A DNA stretch of 64,000 bases from an uncultured Clostridia bacterium. GTDB lineage: Bacteria; Bacillota; Clostridia; TANB77; CAG-508. The notes beneath the pieces were generated by a model. The model was not told the origin of the DNA, ran no database searches, and was given only the letters and a program-made list of their open reading frames with translations. Shown in pieces: positions 39,308 to 47,808 of this stretch (position 1 is its first letter; every line of letters begins with the position of its first letter). The stretch covers positions 7,806 through 71,805 of the forward strand of contig CAKPSX010000003.1 in assembly GCA_934184665.1 (NCBI GenBank). Reading direction: 5' to 3'. The position numbers and the translations under genes were made by a program.

Positions 39308-41101
39308 TTATTTCTTATTTAGCTCTTGTAATATTCTTTCTGCTAATTCTTCATTTACTCCATTAACTTTTGTTAATTCATCTACACTTGCTTTTCTTAT
39401 TTTTTCAACACTGCCAAACTCTTTCAAAAGTGCAATTTTTTTTACATTGCCAATTCCACTTATATTTTCTAATTTAGACTTTGTTGTTCCTTGTGCTCTT
39501 AATTTTCTATGATATGAAATTGCTGTATCATGAACTTCATCTTGAAATCTAGTTATTAATTTTTTTAGATTTTCTGATATTTCAAGTTCTTTTTTATTTT
39601 CATCTATTAATGCTCTTGTCTGGTGCTTATCATTTTTAACCATTCCGAAAACTGGAATTTTAATCTCATATTTAGCAATAGCCTTTTTTATAGCATTAAT
39701 CTGTGTTATTCCACCATCTGCTAATATTACATCAGGCAATTTTCCAAAGCCACTATTATCTCTATCAATAGAATATTTTAAACGTCTTGTGACAACTTCT
39801 TCCATACACCTTGGATCATCTTGACCATATACAGTCTTAATTCTAAATCTTCTTGACATATTTCTTTTTATAACACCATCAATCATTACACACATTCCTG
39901 CCACAATATATTCTCCAGAAATATTTGAAATGTCATATGTTTCTATTTTTCTTGGTAATTTTTTTAATTGCATTACTTCTTTTAGTTCCACTAATATTTC
40001 ACTTTTATCTTGTTCTTTATTTTGTAGCGTGATTTTGGCATTATTATCTGCCATATCAATAAAACGTAATTTTTCACCTTTTTTAGGTGTTTTTATTTCA
40101 ACTTTTCTTCCCGCTTCTTTTGTTAACCATTCTTCTATCGCATTTTTATCTTCTAATTCTTGTCTAATCATTATTTTGTTAGGTAAATTTTGACTATCAA
40201 TATAATATTGTTTGATAAATCCAGAAACTATTTCTTCATCATCAACATCTTTTAAATCATTGAAAAAATAATGTTCTCTACCTACCATTTTGCTACCTCT
40301 AACAAAAAATATCTCTATACAAACTTCCATTTCAGATTTTGCAATTCCTATAACATCTATATTGTTTTCTGTAATATTTGATACTTTTTGTTTTTCATTT
40401 GCTCTTTCTATTGCTAGCATTCTATCTCTTAATTCTGCTGCTTTTTCAAACTCTAATTTTTCTGAAGCTTCTTTTATCTGATTTTCTAACTCTTTTAAAA
40501 CTTTATCAGTTTTTCCATCTAAAATATCAATTATTTCATTTATTTGTTTTCTATAATCTTCTTTTGAAATATAGCCCATACACGGACCTGAGCATCTATT
40601 TATATGATAGTTTAAACACGCTCTTGTTTCTGACCTAAATTTTTTACATTGCCTTATTTTATATTTTTGCTTTATAAAATCCACCATTTCTTTTGCAGAA
40701 CCTGGATTTGCGTATGGACCAAAATATTTTGCTCCATCATTTATATATTTTCGTGTTATCACCACATTGGGATATTCTGATTTCACATCAATTTTTATAT
40801 ATGGATATGTTTTATCATCTTTTAACAATACATTGAATTTCGGCCTGTTCTTTTTTATTAAATTACATTCTAATATTAATGCTTCTGCTTCATTATCAAC
40901 AATTATATATTCAAAATGGTCTATTAATGAAACCATTCTTTTAATTCTTTCTGTTTTTTCAGTTTTTCTAAAATATGATCTTACTCTGTTTTTTAAGTTT
41001 ACAGCTTTTCCAACATATATAATTCTATCATTTATATCATGCATTATATATACACCTGGTTTGTCTGGTAACATTTTCAATTGTTCTTCTATCTCAAACA
41101 T
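39308..41101 (-). CDS. uvrC: excinuclease ABC subunit C
   Basis: GIY-YIG N-terminus (GVYIMHD ... IIYVGKA), UvrBC domain, Endo V-like domain, and C-terminal HhH. The start is set at MFEIEEQLK. Confidence 0.93.
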   Translation of the reverse strand: MFEIEEQLKMLPDKPGVYIMHDINDRIIYVGKAVNLKNRVRSYFRKTEKTERIKRMVSLIDHFEYIIVDNEAEALILECNLIKKNRPKFNVLLKDDKTYPYIKIDVKSEYPNVVITRKYINDGAKYFGPYANPGSAKEMVDFIKQKYKIRQCKKFRSETRACLNYHINRCSGPCMGYISKEDYRKQINEIIDILDGKTDKVLKELENQIKEASEKLEFEKAAELRDRMLAIERANEKQKVSNITENNIDVIGIAKSEMEVCIEIFFVRGSKMVGREHYFFNDLKDVDDEEIVSGFIKQYYIDSQNLPNKIMIRQELEDKNAIEEWLTKEAGRKVEIKTPKKGEKLRFIDMADNNAKITLQNKEQDKSEILVELKEVMQLKKLPRKIETYDISNISGEYIVAGMCVMIDGVIKRNMSRRFRIKTVYGQDDPRCMEEVVTRRLKYSIDRDNSGFGKLPDVILADGGITQINAIKKAIAKYEIKIPVFGMVKNDKHQTRALIDENKKELEISENLKKLITRFQDEVHDTAISYHRKLRAQGTTKSKLENISGIGNVKKIALLKEFGSVEKIRKASVDELTKVNGVNEELAERILQELNKK

Positions 41102-41305
41102 ATCTAATCTCATTCCCCTCTCAAGGTACAAGTATGACTGAAAAGAATTTTATTCTTTTTCAACTTCCTTCTTTACTACATTATAATACACTATTATTAA
41201 CTAATTTGCAACAATATTTAATTTCAGTTCATAATATTTGCGAAAATACTTGCTACATTTATCGTTTTGGTGTAATATAATAATATAGTAAAGGAGGTTC
41301 TGCTT

Positions 41306-43147
41306 ATGTGTGGAATTATTGGTTATATAGGAACAAAAAAAGCGAGTCCTATACTTATTAATGGATTATTAAGATTAGAATACAGAGGTTATGACTCTGC
41401 TGGGATATCAACTGTCGAAAAAAACGGTTTATCTATCATGAAAGATATTGGTAGAGTAAAAAATTTATATAAATTAGAAGGTATTGATAATTTAGAAGGT
41501 ACAATAGGTATTGCTCATACAAGATGGGCAACACATGGAAAACCATCAAAAGAAAATTCTCATCCTCATTTAGATAATAGTAATAGTTTCGCTGTTGTTC
41601 ATAATGGAATTATAGAAAATTATATTGAGTTGCGTAAATTTTTAACAGATAAAGGATATAAATTCTATTCTCAAACAGATACAGAACTTATACCTAATCT
41701 TATTCATTACTATTATTCAAAGGATAATTTAAATGATGATAAGAAGGTATTACGTGCTGTTGAAAAAGCTTGTAAAGATTTAAAAGGAAGTTATTCACTT
41801 GAGATTATATCAAAGTATATGCCAGATAATATGATTGTTATTAGAAAAGATAGCCCTCTTGTTATCGGTAAAGGCGAAAATGAAAATTACATATCTTCTG
41901 ATATACCTGCAATCTTGTCATTTACAAAAGATTTCTATCTTTTAGATGATAATGAATTTGCGTTATTATCAAGAGACAATGTAGAATTTTTTGATAGTAA
42001 TTTAAATAAAATAGACAAGAAAGTTACAAGTATTGATTGGAATGCAAGTTCTGCTGATAAAAATGGATTTGAGGATTATATGTTAAAAGAAATTTATGAG
42101 CAACCTAATTCAATTAGAGAAACTATTGGTGCACATCTACCTGAAAATGAACCTTGTAATTTTGAAGATTTAAAATTCACTAAAGAATTTTTATCTTCTA
42201 TAAATAAAATATATATTGTAGCTTGTGGTACTGCAATGCATGCTGGACTTACTGGAAAGATTGCTATAGAACAACTTTGTAATATACCTGTTACTGTTGA
42301 AGTTGCATCAGAATTTAGATATAGAAATCCAATTATTGATAAAAATACATTGTGTATCTATATTTCACAATCTGGAGAAACTGCTGATACAATTGCAGCA
42401 CTTAAATTGTCAAAATCAAAAGGTGCTACTACTCTTGCTGTATCAAATGTTATAGGTAGTTCAATTACAAGAGAAGCTGATTATTGCATATATACACATG
42501 CTGGTCCAGAAATTGCAGTTGCATCTACAAAAGCATATACTTCGCAAGTCATATTATTAAATATTTTAGCAATTTATTTTGCAGAAATTTTAGGAACTTC
42601 TTCATCTACTAGAATTGATGAATTGAAAAAAGAAATTTTACAACTTCCTATAAAAATTGAAAAAGCTTTAGAATCAGGTACAGAAATTAAAAAATTTGCT
42701 AAGAAAATTTATCAAGAAAAAGATGTATTTTTCTTAGGTAGAGGAATTGATTATACAACAGCATTAGAAGCTTCTTTAAAATTAAAAGAAATATCTTATA
42801 TTCATTCAGAAGCATATGCTGCTGGTGAATTAAAACATGGACCTATCGCACTTATTGAAAATGGTATAACTGTTATTAGTATAATTACAGATAAAAATTT
42901 AGTTGAAAAAACTATTAGTAATATTCAAGAAGTTATAACAAGAGGTGCTAAAACATTGTTAATTACAAGTCAAAAACTTCCTGATAATAATATTGATGAA
43001 ATTATCACTATTCCTGAAACAGATATATTCTTATCACCTATAGTTTCTATTGTTCCTTTGCAATTACTTTCATATTATATTTCAAAGGAAAAAGGATTAG
43101 ATGTTGATAAGCCAAGAAACTTAGCAAAATCAGTTACAGTTGAATAG
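41306..43147 (+). CDS. glmS: glutamine--fructose-6-phosphate aminotransferase
   Basis: 613 aa. N-terminal MCGIIGY nucleophile, two SIS domains, and the C-terminal end KSVTVE. Confidence 0.96.
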   Translation: MCGIIGYIGTKKASPILINGLLRLEYRGYDSAGISTVEKNGLSIMKDIGRVKNLYKLEGIDNLEGTIGIAHTRWATHGKPSKENSHPHLDNSNSFAVVHNGIIENYIELRKFLTDKGYKFYSQTDTELIPNLIHYYYSKDNLNDDKKVLRAVEKACKDLKGSYSLEIISKYMPDNMIVIRKDSPLVIGKGENENYISSDIPAILSFTKDFYLLDDNEFALLSRDNVEFFDSNLNKIDKKVTSIDWNASSADKNGFEDYMLKEIYEQPNSIRETIGAHLPENEPCNFEDLKFTKEFLSSINKIYIVACGTAMHAGLTGKIAIEQLCNIPVTVEVASEFRYRNPIIDKNTLCIYISQSGETADTIAALKLSKSKGATTLAVSNVIGSSITREADYCIYTHAGPEIAVASTKAYTSQVILLNILAIYFAEILGTSSSTRIDELKKEILQLPIKIEKALESGTEIKKFAKKIYQEKDVFFLGRGIDYTTALEASLKLKEISYIHSEAYAAGELKHGPIALIENGITVISIITDKNLVEKTISNIQEVITRGAKTLLITSQKLPDNNIDEIITIPETDIFLSPIVSIVPLQLLSYYISKEKGLDVDKPRNLAKSVTVE

Positions 43148-43150
43148 AGT

Positions 43151-43181
43151 AGAAATAGAAGCCTTCATGGCTTCTATTTCT
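43151..43181. terminator. bidirectional terminator between glmS and the M23 peptidase gene
   Basis: AGAAATAGAAGCC-ttcat-GGCTTCTATTTCT, a 13-bp perfect stem. Confidence 0.75.
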
Positions 43182-44187
43182 ATTTATATAAATATTTTTG
43201 TGGGTTTATTGCTGTTCCATTTACTCTTATTTCTAAATGTAAATGTGGTCCTGTTGAATTACCTGTTGATCCAACAGCTGCAATTATATCTCCCGCACTT
43301 ATTTCTTGACCTACTGTCGCATATAATTCACTACAATGAGCATACCATGTTTCTACACCATTACCATGGCTAATTTTAATTAAATTACCATATGAACCAT
43401 TTCTTTCAGCAAACACTACTGTTCCTGATGCAACAGCTTTTATTGGTGTTCCTGTTGGGCAACATATATCTGTTCCAGTATGTGCACCTGATCTTATACT
43501 ACTTACAGACCCAAATCTGGATGTAATTCTACCTTGTACAGGTGATACAGCCAATAGCACACCATTTATTTGAGGTTGTTTACCTTTTTCTTCCTCTTCT
43601 TTTACACGTTCTTCCTCTTTTACAAGTTCTTCAACTTTTTCTTCAACATGAGTTTGTGCTACTTGAACTGTGTCTAAATTTACTTCTTCCATATTTTCTG
43701 TATAGTTTTCAGTTATTTGTAGGTCTAATTGTATTTTTTCATCTTTATGTTCTTCTTTTATCTCACTTACTGCTTGTTCTGCCTCTTCTATATTGTCTAC
43801 TAATCCTATTGTCTCGTTATTTAGTTGTACTGCGTAATACTTATACATTATTTTTGCTTTTTCTTTTAATGCTAACATCATTTCTTCTTCGTTAGTTTCT
43901 TGTGTTCTGCTTATTAATTTTAATTCATAACTTGGCATTTCGTCTAAAGAAACAAAATCAATATTCTTTCCTTCCATTCCAATTATTTCTGTTTCTATTT
44001 TTTCATTTAATTTTGTTCCACTTTGTGTGTACCCTATCTCTTCTCCTGACATAGTTACCACATATGTTGGTTTATATTTTAATATTATTATCGCTATTAT
44101 TACCATAGACGCTATTGCCATTATGCTAAAAACTTTGCACATTTCTTTTGTATAGTATTTTAGCTTTCTTTTTAAAATAATATACAC
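43180..44187 (-). CDS. M23 (LytM-type) peptidoglycan endopeptidase
   Basis: 335 aa. TM anchor, coiled-coil and acidic linker, and C-terminal M23 motifs (HTGTD, HLHLEIR). Confidence 0.88.
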   Translation of the reverse strand: MYIILKRKLKYYTKEMCKVFSIMAIASMVIIAIIILKYKPTYVVTMSGEEIGYTQSGTKLNEKIETEIIGMEGKNIDFVSLDEMPSYELKLISRTQETNEEEMMLALKEKAKIMYKYYAVQLNNETIGLVDNIEEAEQAVSEIKEEHKDEKIQLDLQITENYTENMEEVNLDTVQVAQTHVEEKVEELVKEEERVKEEEEKGKQPQINGVLLAVSPVQGRITSRFGSVSSIRSGAHTGTDICCPTGTPIKAVASGTVVFAERNGSYGNLIKISHGNGVETWYAHCSELYATVGQEISAGDIIAAVGSTGNSTGPHLHLEIRVNGTAINPQKYLYK

Positions 44188-44478
44188 TCTCCTTTTTTAA
44201 CGCGACCATCTCCTATTATACCACATTTCAGCACTTTTGGCAAATTCTTCATCCTTTCTTAGCCATTTTTATCAGTTTTTGACCTTTTTTTCCTTTGTAT
44301 TTTGCCTGGTTTACATATATATTACTCATTTTTTCTTTATTTTATTCGTTTTTTCTCTATTTTTCTATTGTTTAGAGTTACATAATTTATAATTATCTAA
44401 TTTTATTCCCCCTAACCTTTTGTATTGTAATTTGCCTTTTTATATGATATATTGAACAAAAGGAATGTGATTTATTTT

Positions 44479-45345
44479 ATGAAAGAATTAATTGTAACAA
44501 CTAAATATAATAATTGTAAAGTTTCAAAATTTATTTTTGATTCTTTTCCTCATTTATCTTCTGGCACATTTTATAAAGCACTACGCCAAAAAGATATAAA
44601 AATAAATGGCACAAGAATTAATAAAGATTGTACTATATTTACAGGAGATACTATTTTAGTATATATCTCTAATGAATTATTAATACCACATTTTAATTTA
44701 AATATTATTTACGAAGATAATAATATTCTATTAATTAATAAGCCTGCTAACCTTGAAGTTACTGGTGATAATAGCCTAACTACTTTAATACACAATAAAT
44801 ACAAAGACTCTATATTTAAGCCAATGCCTTGTCACAGACTTGATAGAAATACAACTGGTATTGTTTTATTTGCTAAGGATGAATTATCTTTAAATATTTT
44901 ATTAGATAAATTTAAAAAACATGAAATCACTAAAAAGTATCTTGCTTTAGTATACGGCTATCCAAAGCAAAAATATGCAAAATTAGAATCTTTTTTATTT
45001 AAAGATACTAAAAAATCTCAGGTATATATATCAGATACTTTTAAAAAAGGTTATCAAAAAATAATAACATCATATTATGTAATTAAAGAATACAAAAACA
45101 ATTCAAGTTTACTTGAAGTAGAAATTGAAACCGGTAAAACTCATCAAATTAGAGCACATTTAGCACATATTGGCTACCCAATTATAGGTGATGGCAAATA
45201 TGGCATTAATTCTGTCAATAAACAGTTTGGTGCAAAATATCAACAACTACAAGCTTATAAGCTTATTTTTGAATTTACATCTGACAGTGATATTTTGAAT
45301 TACCTTAAAGGTAAAACCTTTGAGATTAAACCAAACTGGAACTAA
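44479..45345 (+). CDS. RluA/RluD-family pseudouridine synthase with an S4-like N-terminus
   Basis: HRLDRNTTGIVLFAK catalytic motif and the KTHQIRAHL motif. An alternative start lies at 44452. Confidence 0.88.
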   Translation: MKELIVTTKYNNCKVSKFIFDSFPHLSSGTFYKALRQKDIKINGTRINKDCTIFTGDTILVYISNELLIPHFNLNIIYEDNNILLINKPANLEVTGDNSLTTLIHNKYKDSIFKPMPCHRLDRNTTGIVLFAKDELSLNILLDKFKKHEITKKYLALVYGYPKQKYAKLESFLFKDTKKSQVYISDTFKKGYQKIITSYYVIKEYKNNSSLLEVEIETGKTHQIRAHLAHIGYPIIGDGKYGINSVNKQFGAKYQQLQAYKLIFEFTSDSDILNYLKGKTFEIKPNWN

Positions 45346-45364
45346 TTATTGTAAATTAATAGAT

Positions 45365-45393
45365 TTGACAATTTTATGTAAATATGATATATT
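45365..45393 (+). promoter_or_regulatory. sigma-A promoter of island gene A
   Basis: TTGACA-17 nt-TATATT. The spacer contains ATTTTATGTAAAT, which is shared with the gene B promoter. Confidence 0.65.
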
Positions 45394-45511
45394 ATAGTTA
45401 TGAATTAGGTAGATTTGTGCAACGAATAATTTCAATGCATAAGCTTCTTTCTTACTTCATGATACTATTACATTTTACACCCCACTAAAGTGGGAGAAAG
45501 AGAGGTCTATT

Positions 45512-46345
45512 ATGACTATCAACAGAGGGAACTATTCTAGCACTCGTATCAACCTCAGCTATGATGTTGAGATCATCGACAATGAGAAAAGCTATTTTTA
45601 TAGTTTTTCTCGTACCTATGGAAAGGGGTTCTCAAGAAGAATCTCTCCTCTTGAGCTGACAAACCCAGTTCCAATTCTCTGGGAAGACCTTGATACTGAA
45701 ATCCAGAAAGCTCACTTCTGGGTTATCAACCCAGAAGGAACAGAAGAAGAGATGAACCTCTATGTCTTTGGTAAAGCCAAAGGCAGCAAACTTAACAGTC
45801 TAAACAAGTGGGCTGATGCTCACTTGGTCTTTAGCCGAGAGATTACTCTACAGTTAGTGGAGAAACTAGGCTACTTCACAAAAGTAGAATTCCTTAGGAC
45901 CATATCTCGGATGCCAGGAACAGGCTACAAGGACTATCTATTTGTTATAGACAACAAGTGGCAAGTTACCGTAATCGCCAACTGCTATGAAGCAGGAGAT
46001 TTCTATGATACATACAAGATCGAGGACTATGACGAAATCAGAGCCAAGCAAAAGGCTTTTGGCAGGCGTGTTGCAAAACTTGCCAAGGAGGCTGATGTGC
46101 CGTGGCATATTGGCGTTTTCGTAGGACATATCGAGCAGGATTATATTGCCGTCGCAATTCTGCGGGCAATTAAGTATTATAAGGAGACATACATGACGGA
46201 AAAAATCCGTCGCGAGCTAAAGTGTGGCATAAAAAGGAGAACTGCAGCAATAATCCAATTGCTCGGAGACGAACTCTGGGAAAGCCTCCACTGTGATGGG
46301 CAAAACCAGACCTCAACTCTCGCTTATTATTTACTAAGCGAGTAA
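45512..46345 (+). CDS. hypothetical protein A (277 aa), foreign composition
   Basis: Single clean ORF preceded by RBS GAGAGG and a leader of about 110 nt containing the hairpin CCCAC-taaa-GTGGG. A hand count gives 25/60 G+C in the first 60 nt. No motif recognised. Confidence 0.75.
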   Translation: MTINRGNYSSTRINLSYDVEIIDNEKSYFYSFSRTYGKGFSRRISPLELTNPVPILWEDLDTEIQKAHFWVINPEGTEEEMNLYVFGKAKGSKLNSLNKWADAHLVFSREITLQLVEKLGYFTKVEFLRTISRMPGTGYKDYLFVIDNKWQVTVIANCYEAGDFYDTYKIEDYDEIRAKQKAFGRRVAKLAKEADVPWHIGVFVGHIEQDYIAVAILRAIKYYKETYMTEKIRRELKCGIKRRTAAIIQLLGDELWESLHCDGQNQTSTLAYYLLSE

Positions 46346-46354
46346 ATAAAATAT

Positions 46355-46390
46355 AAAACCTCCATTGCAAAATGGAGGTTTTATATTTTT
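46355..46390 (+). terminator. terminator of island gene A
   Basis: AAAACCTCCATT-gcaa-AATGGAGGTTTT, a 12-bp stem followed by a T-rich tail. Confidence 0.85.
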
Positions 46391-46475
46391 TACTACAGGA
46401 TTTTTTTATAATAATATTTTTTAATACTAGATTTTATCTAAAAATTGATGTATAATTATTGTATAAAAAATATTT

Positions 46476-46549
46476 GCGGGTATAGTTTAATGGCAGAATT
46501 CCATGCTTCCGACCTGGTGGTGAGGGTTCGATTCCCTCTACCCGCTCCA
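46476..46549 (+). tRNA. tRNA-Gly (anticodon UCC) with an atypical anticodon arm
   Basis: 74-nt cloverleaf. Acceptor GCGGGTA/TACCCGC, T-arm GAGGG-TTCGATT-CCCTC, encoded CCA, and anticodon arm CCATG-CTTCCGA-CCTGG. This arm has a U30-C40 mismatch and G at position 37. Confidence 0.8.
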
Positions 46550-46632
46550 TAATGCGTTTTCGTCGAACTCTTTGTAGTTATTGATACAAGAAAGTTTGAA
46601 GAAAGCAAAAGTGAATATCATTTCACAATATA

Positions 46633-46662
46633 TAAGTCGATTTAGTCGGCTTATTTTTTTTT
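46633..46662 (+). terminator. terminator downstream of tRNA-Gly, after a trailer of about 85 nt
   Basis: TAAGTCGA-tttag-TCGGCTTA followed by a run of 9 T. Confidence 0.7.
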
Positions 46663-46710
46663 CTTTTAATTATCTTAAATTGTAAAAACGGATAATTGAT
46701 CTTTAAAAAT

Positions 46711-46739
46711 TTGCAATTTTATGTAAAATGTGGTATAAT
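46711..46739 (+). promoter_or_regulatory. sigma-A promoter of island gene B
   Basis: TTGCAA-17 nt-TATAAT with an extended TG. The spacer contains the palindrome-like ATTTTA-TG-TAAAAT. Confidence 0.65.
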
Positions 46740-46796
46740 AAATGTATGTTAGGAGCAATCGCTTCAACAAATAATACACAGAAAGGTGTAACAACT

Positions 46797-47252
46797 ATGG
46801 CAATCAATGAGTACGGTGAAATCGTAAGAGAGGAGAACACAAAGAACTGCGGTCTTCGTATGATGACTCGCAAGGAACGGTTTGAGTACCTCGTGAAAAA
46901 GGTCAGCGAAGTCAAGCAGGAACTGCGTACTGCCAACACGGAAGAATCCGTTAACACCGCCCTGGATAAGCTGTCCACCCTCATGGATAGGCTGTCTAAA
47001 GATAGTCAGGTGACTGATGTTAACGGCTGGGTTGCGGATATCTCTGGCACGATTCGTGGTGTGAAACTGCATGATATTACACGTTCCGCTCTGGATGATA
47101 TGCTCGAGAAATTGCTCAAAATGGCAATGGAAATCATCGCGGAGGAGAGTAAGAAAGAGAACGCAAACAAGCTCAAGGCTCTGTTTTTGGAGCTGGCGGA
47201 GCACTCCGACGAAATCGCTGAGTTCATCGACATCAACAAGATTTTTGGCTGA
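46797..47252 (+). CDS. hypothetical protein B (151 aa, predicted helical), foreign composition
   Basis: The start is set at MAINEYGEIV, after RBS GAAAGGTG. The tracked ORF start at 46728 lies inside the promoter. Hand counts give 26/60 and 28/60 G+C, and the codon choice is CTG/CGT-rich, unlike the host. Confidence 0.7.
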   Translation: MAINEYGEIVREENTKNCGLRMMTRKERFEYLVKKVSEVKQELRTANTEESVNTALDKLSTLMDRLSKDSQVTDVNGWVADISGTIRGVKLHDITRSALDDMLEKLLKMAMEIIAEESKKENANKLKALFLELAEHSDEIAEFIDINKIFG

Positions 47253-47278
47253 TAAGCCAAAAAAAAGGTACACACCTT

Positions 47279-47315
47279 CTAGGGAGCAGATATTCTTGCT
47301 CCCTAGTTTCGTTTT
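47279..47315 (+). terminator. terminator of island gene B
   Basis: CTAGGGAGCA-gatattct-TGCTCCCTAG followed by TTTCGTTTT. Confidence 0.8.
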
Positions 47316-47450
47316 ATAATATTTTTAAAATTAAGATATATGGTAATAATTCTGTCTTTTAGAATCTTTAATTATTTTTCATTATAACTGATGGCTATCC
47401 TTTTTTATATTAGACTACTTTGGTAGTAAGACGGGAGCCTAAATGATTTT

Positions 47451-47478
47451 GGAGAGTTCTAGCAACTCTCCTTTTTAA
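47451..47478 (+). terminator. orphan plus-strand terminator-like hairpin
   Basis: GGAGAGTT-ctagc-AACTCTCC followed by TTTTT. No plus-strand ORF lies upstream. It is preceded by a second hairpin, ACTAC-tttg-GTAGT. Confidence 0.45.
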
Positions 47479-47486
47479 GATATATA

Positions 47487-47657
47487 TTATTTAGTAAAAA
47501 ATTTTATAATCTGTTTATCAATCAAGTCAAGTGATTCACCAGATATTTTTACATTTCTTCTAACAGTATCTTTAAAAATCCTTTGCTTGCTAATTGTTGT
47601 TATTTGTTTAATTAAAGCAATGCTATCTTTCTTCATTTTAGAAATTTCGTTCTCCAT
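47487..47657 (-). CDS. possible Spo0E-family small regulator (56 aa), unannotated
   Basis: MENEISKMKKDSIALIKQITTISKQRIFKDTVRRNVKISGESLDLIDKQIIKFFTK. The segment SGESLDLID resembles the Spo0E SQELDxLI motif. There is no clear SD. Confidence 0.35.
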   Translation of the reverse strand: MENEISKMKKDSIALIKQITTISKQRIFKDTVRRNVKISGESLDLIDKQIIKFFTK

Positions 47658-47680
47658 TTTTTTAATATTTTAGATATACT

Positions 47681-47712
47681 TAAGCTTAGAACCCTAAGCT
47701 TTTTATTTTGTC
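47681..47712 (+). terminator. orphan plus-strand terminator-like hairpin
   Basis: AAGCTTAG-aacc-CTAAGCTT followed by TTTATTTT. Confidence 0.4.
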
Positions 47713-47808
47713 AAATATTTTTCTACTTTTTGTTGCCTTTTGTGATCTAATCATAGAAATTAAGGAGTTAACTATATGTATTTGATTTTTCTTTACATTT
47801 CTATTATA

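Noticed and set aside
41132-41305. An expected glmS ribozyme upstream of glmS.
   Set aside because: The 174-nt leader is AT-rich and lacks the conserved GC-rich core of the glmS ribozyme. Only a promoter-like TTGCTA ... TGTAATAT and an RBS were found. I cannot rule out a very divergent element without a covariance-model scan.
45431-45446. Adjacent ATGCAT and AAGCTT palindromes in the gene A leader, plus CTCGAG, GAATTC and CTGCAG sites within the island, considered as signs of an engineered construct.
   Set aside because: Isolated 6-bp palindromes are expected by chance in about 2 kb of DNA. No vector backbone, polylinker or tag sequences are present.
45938-47319. Overlapping ORFs inside the island: 45938-46129(-), 46170-46370(-), 46703-46984(-), 46764-47273(-), 47006-47275(-) and 47071-47319(+).
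   Set aside because: Higher G+C depletes stop codons in every frame. These ORFs lack an RBS and a promoter, and they overlap the two ORFs that do have complete promoter, RBS and terminator signals. The 46728 start of the tracked 174-aa ORF lies inside the promoter, so the downstream ATG at 46797 was used.
45346-47340. Integrase, transposase or att-type direct repeats delimiting the island.
   Set aside because: No such gene is present. I found no duplicate of the tRNA-Gly 3' end or other flanking direct repeat by eye. The only repeat found is the promoter block, which is reported separately.
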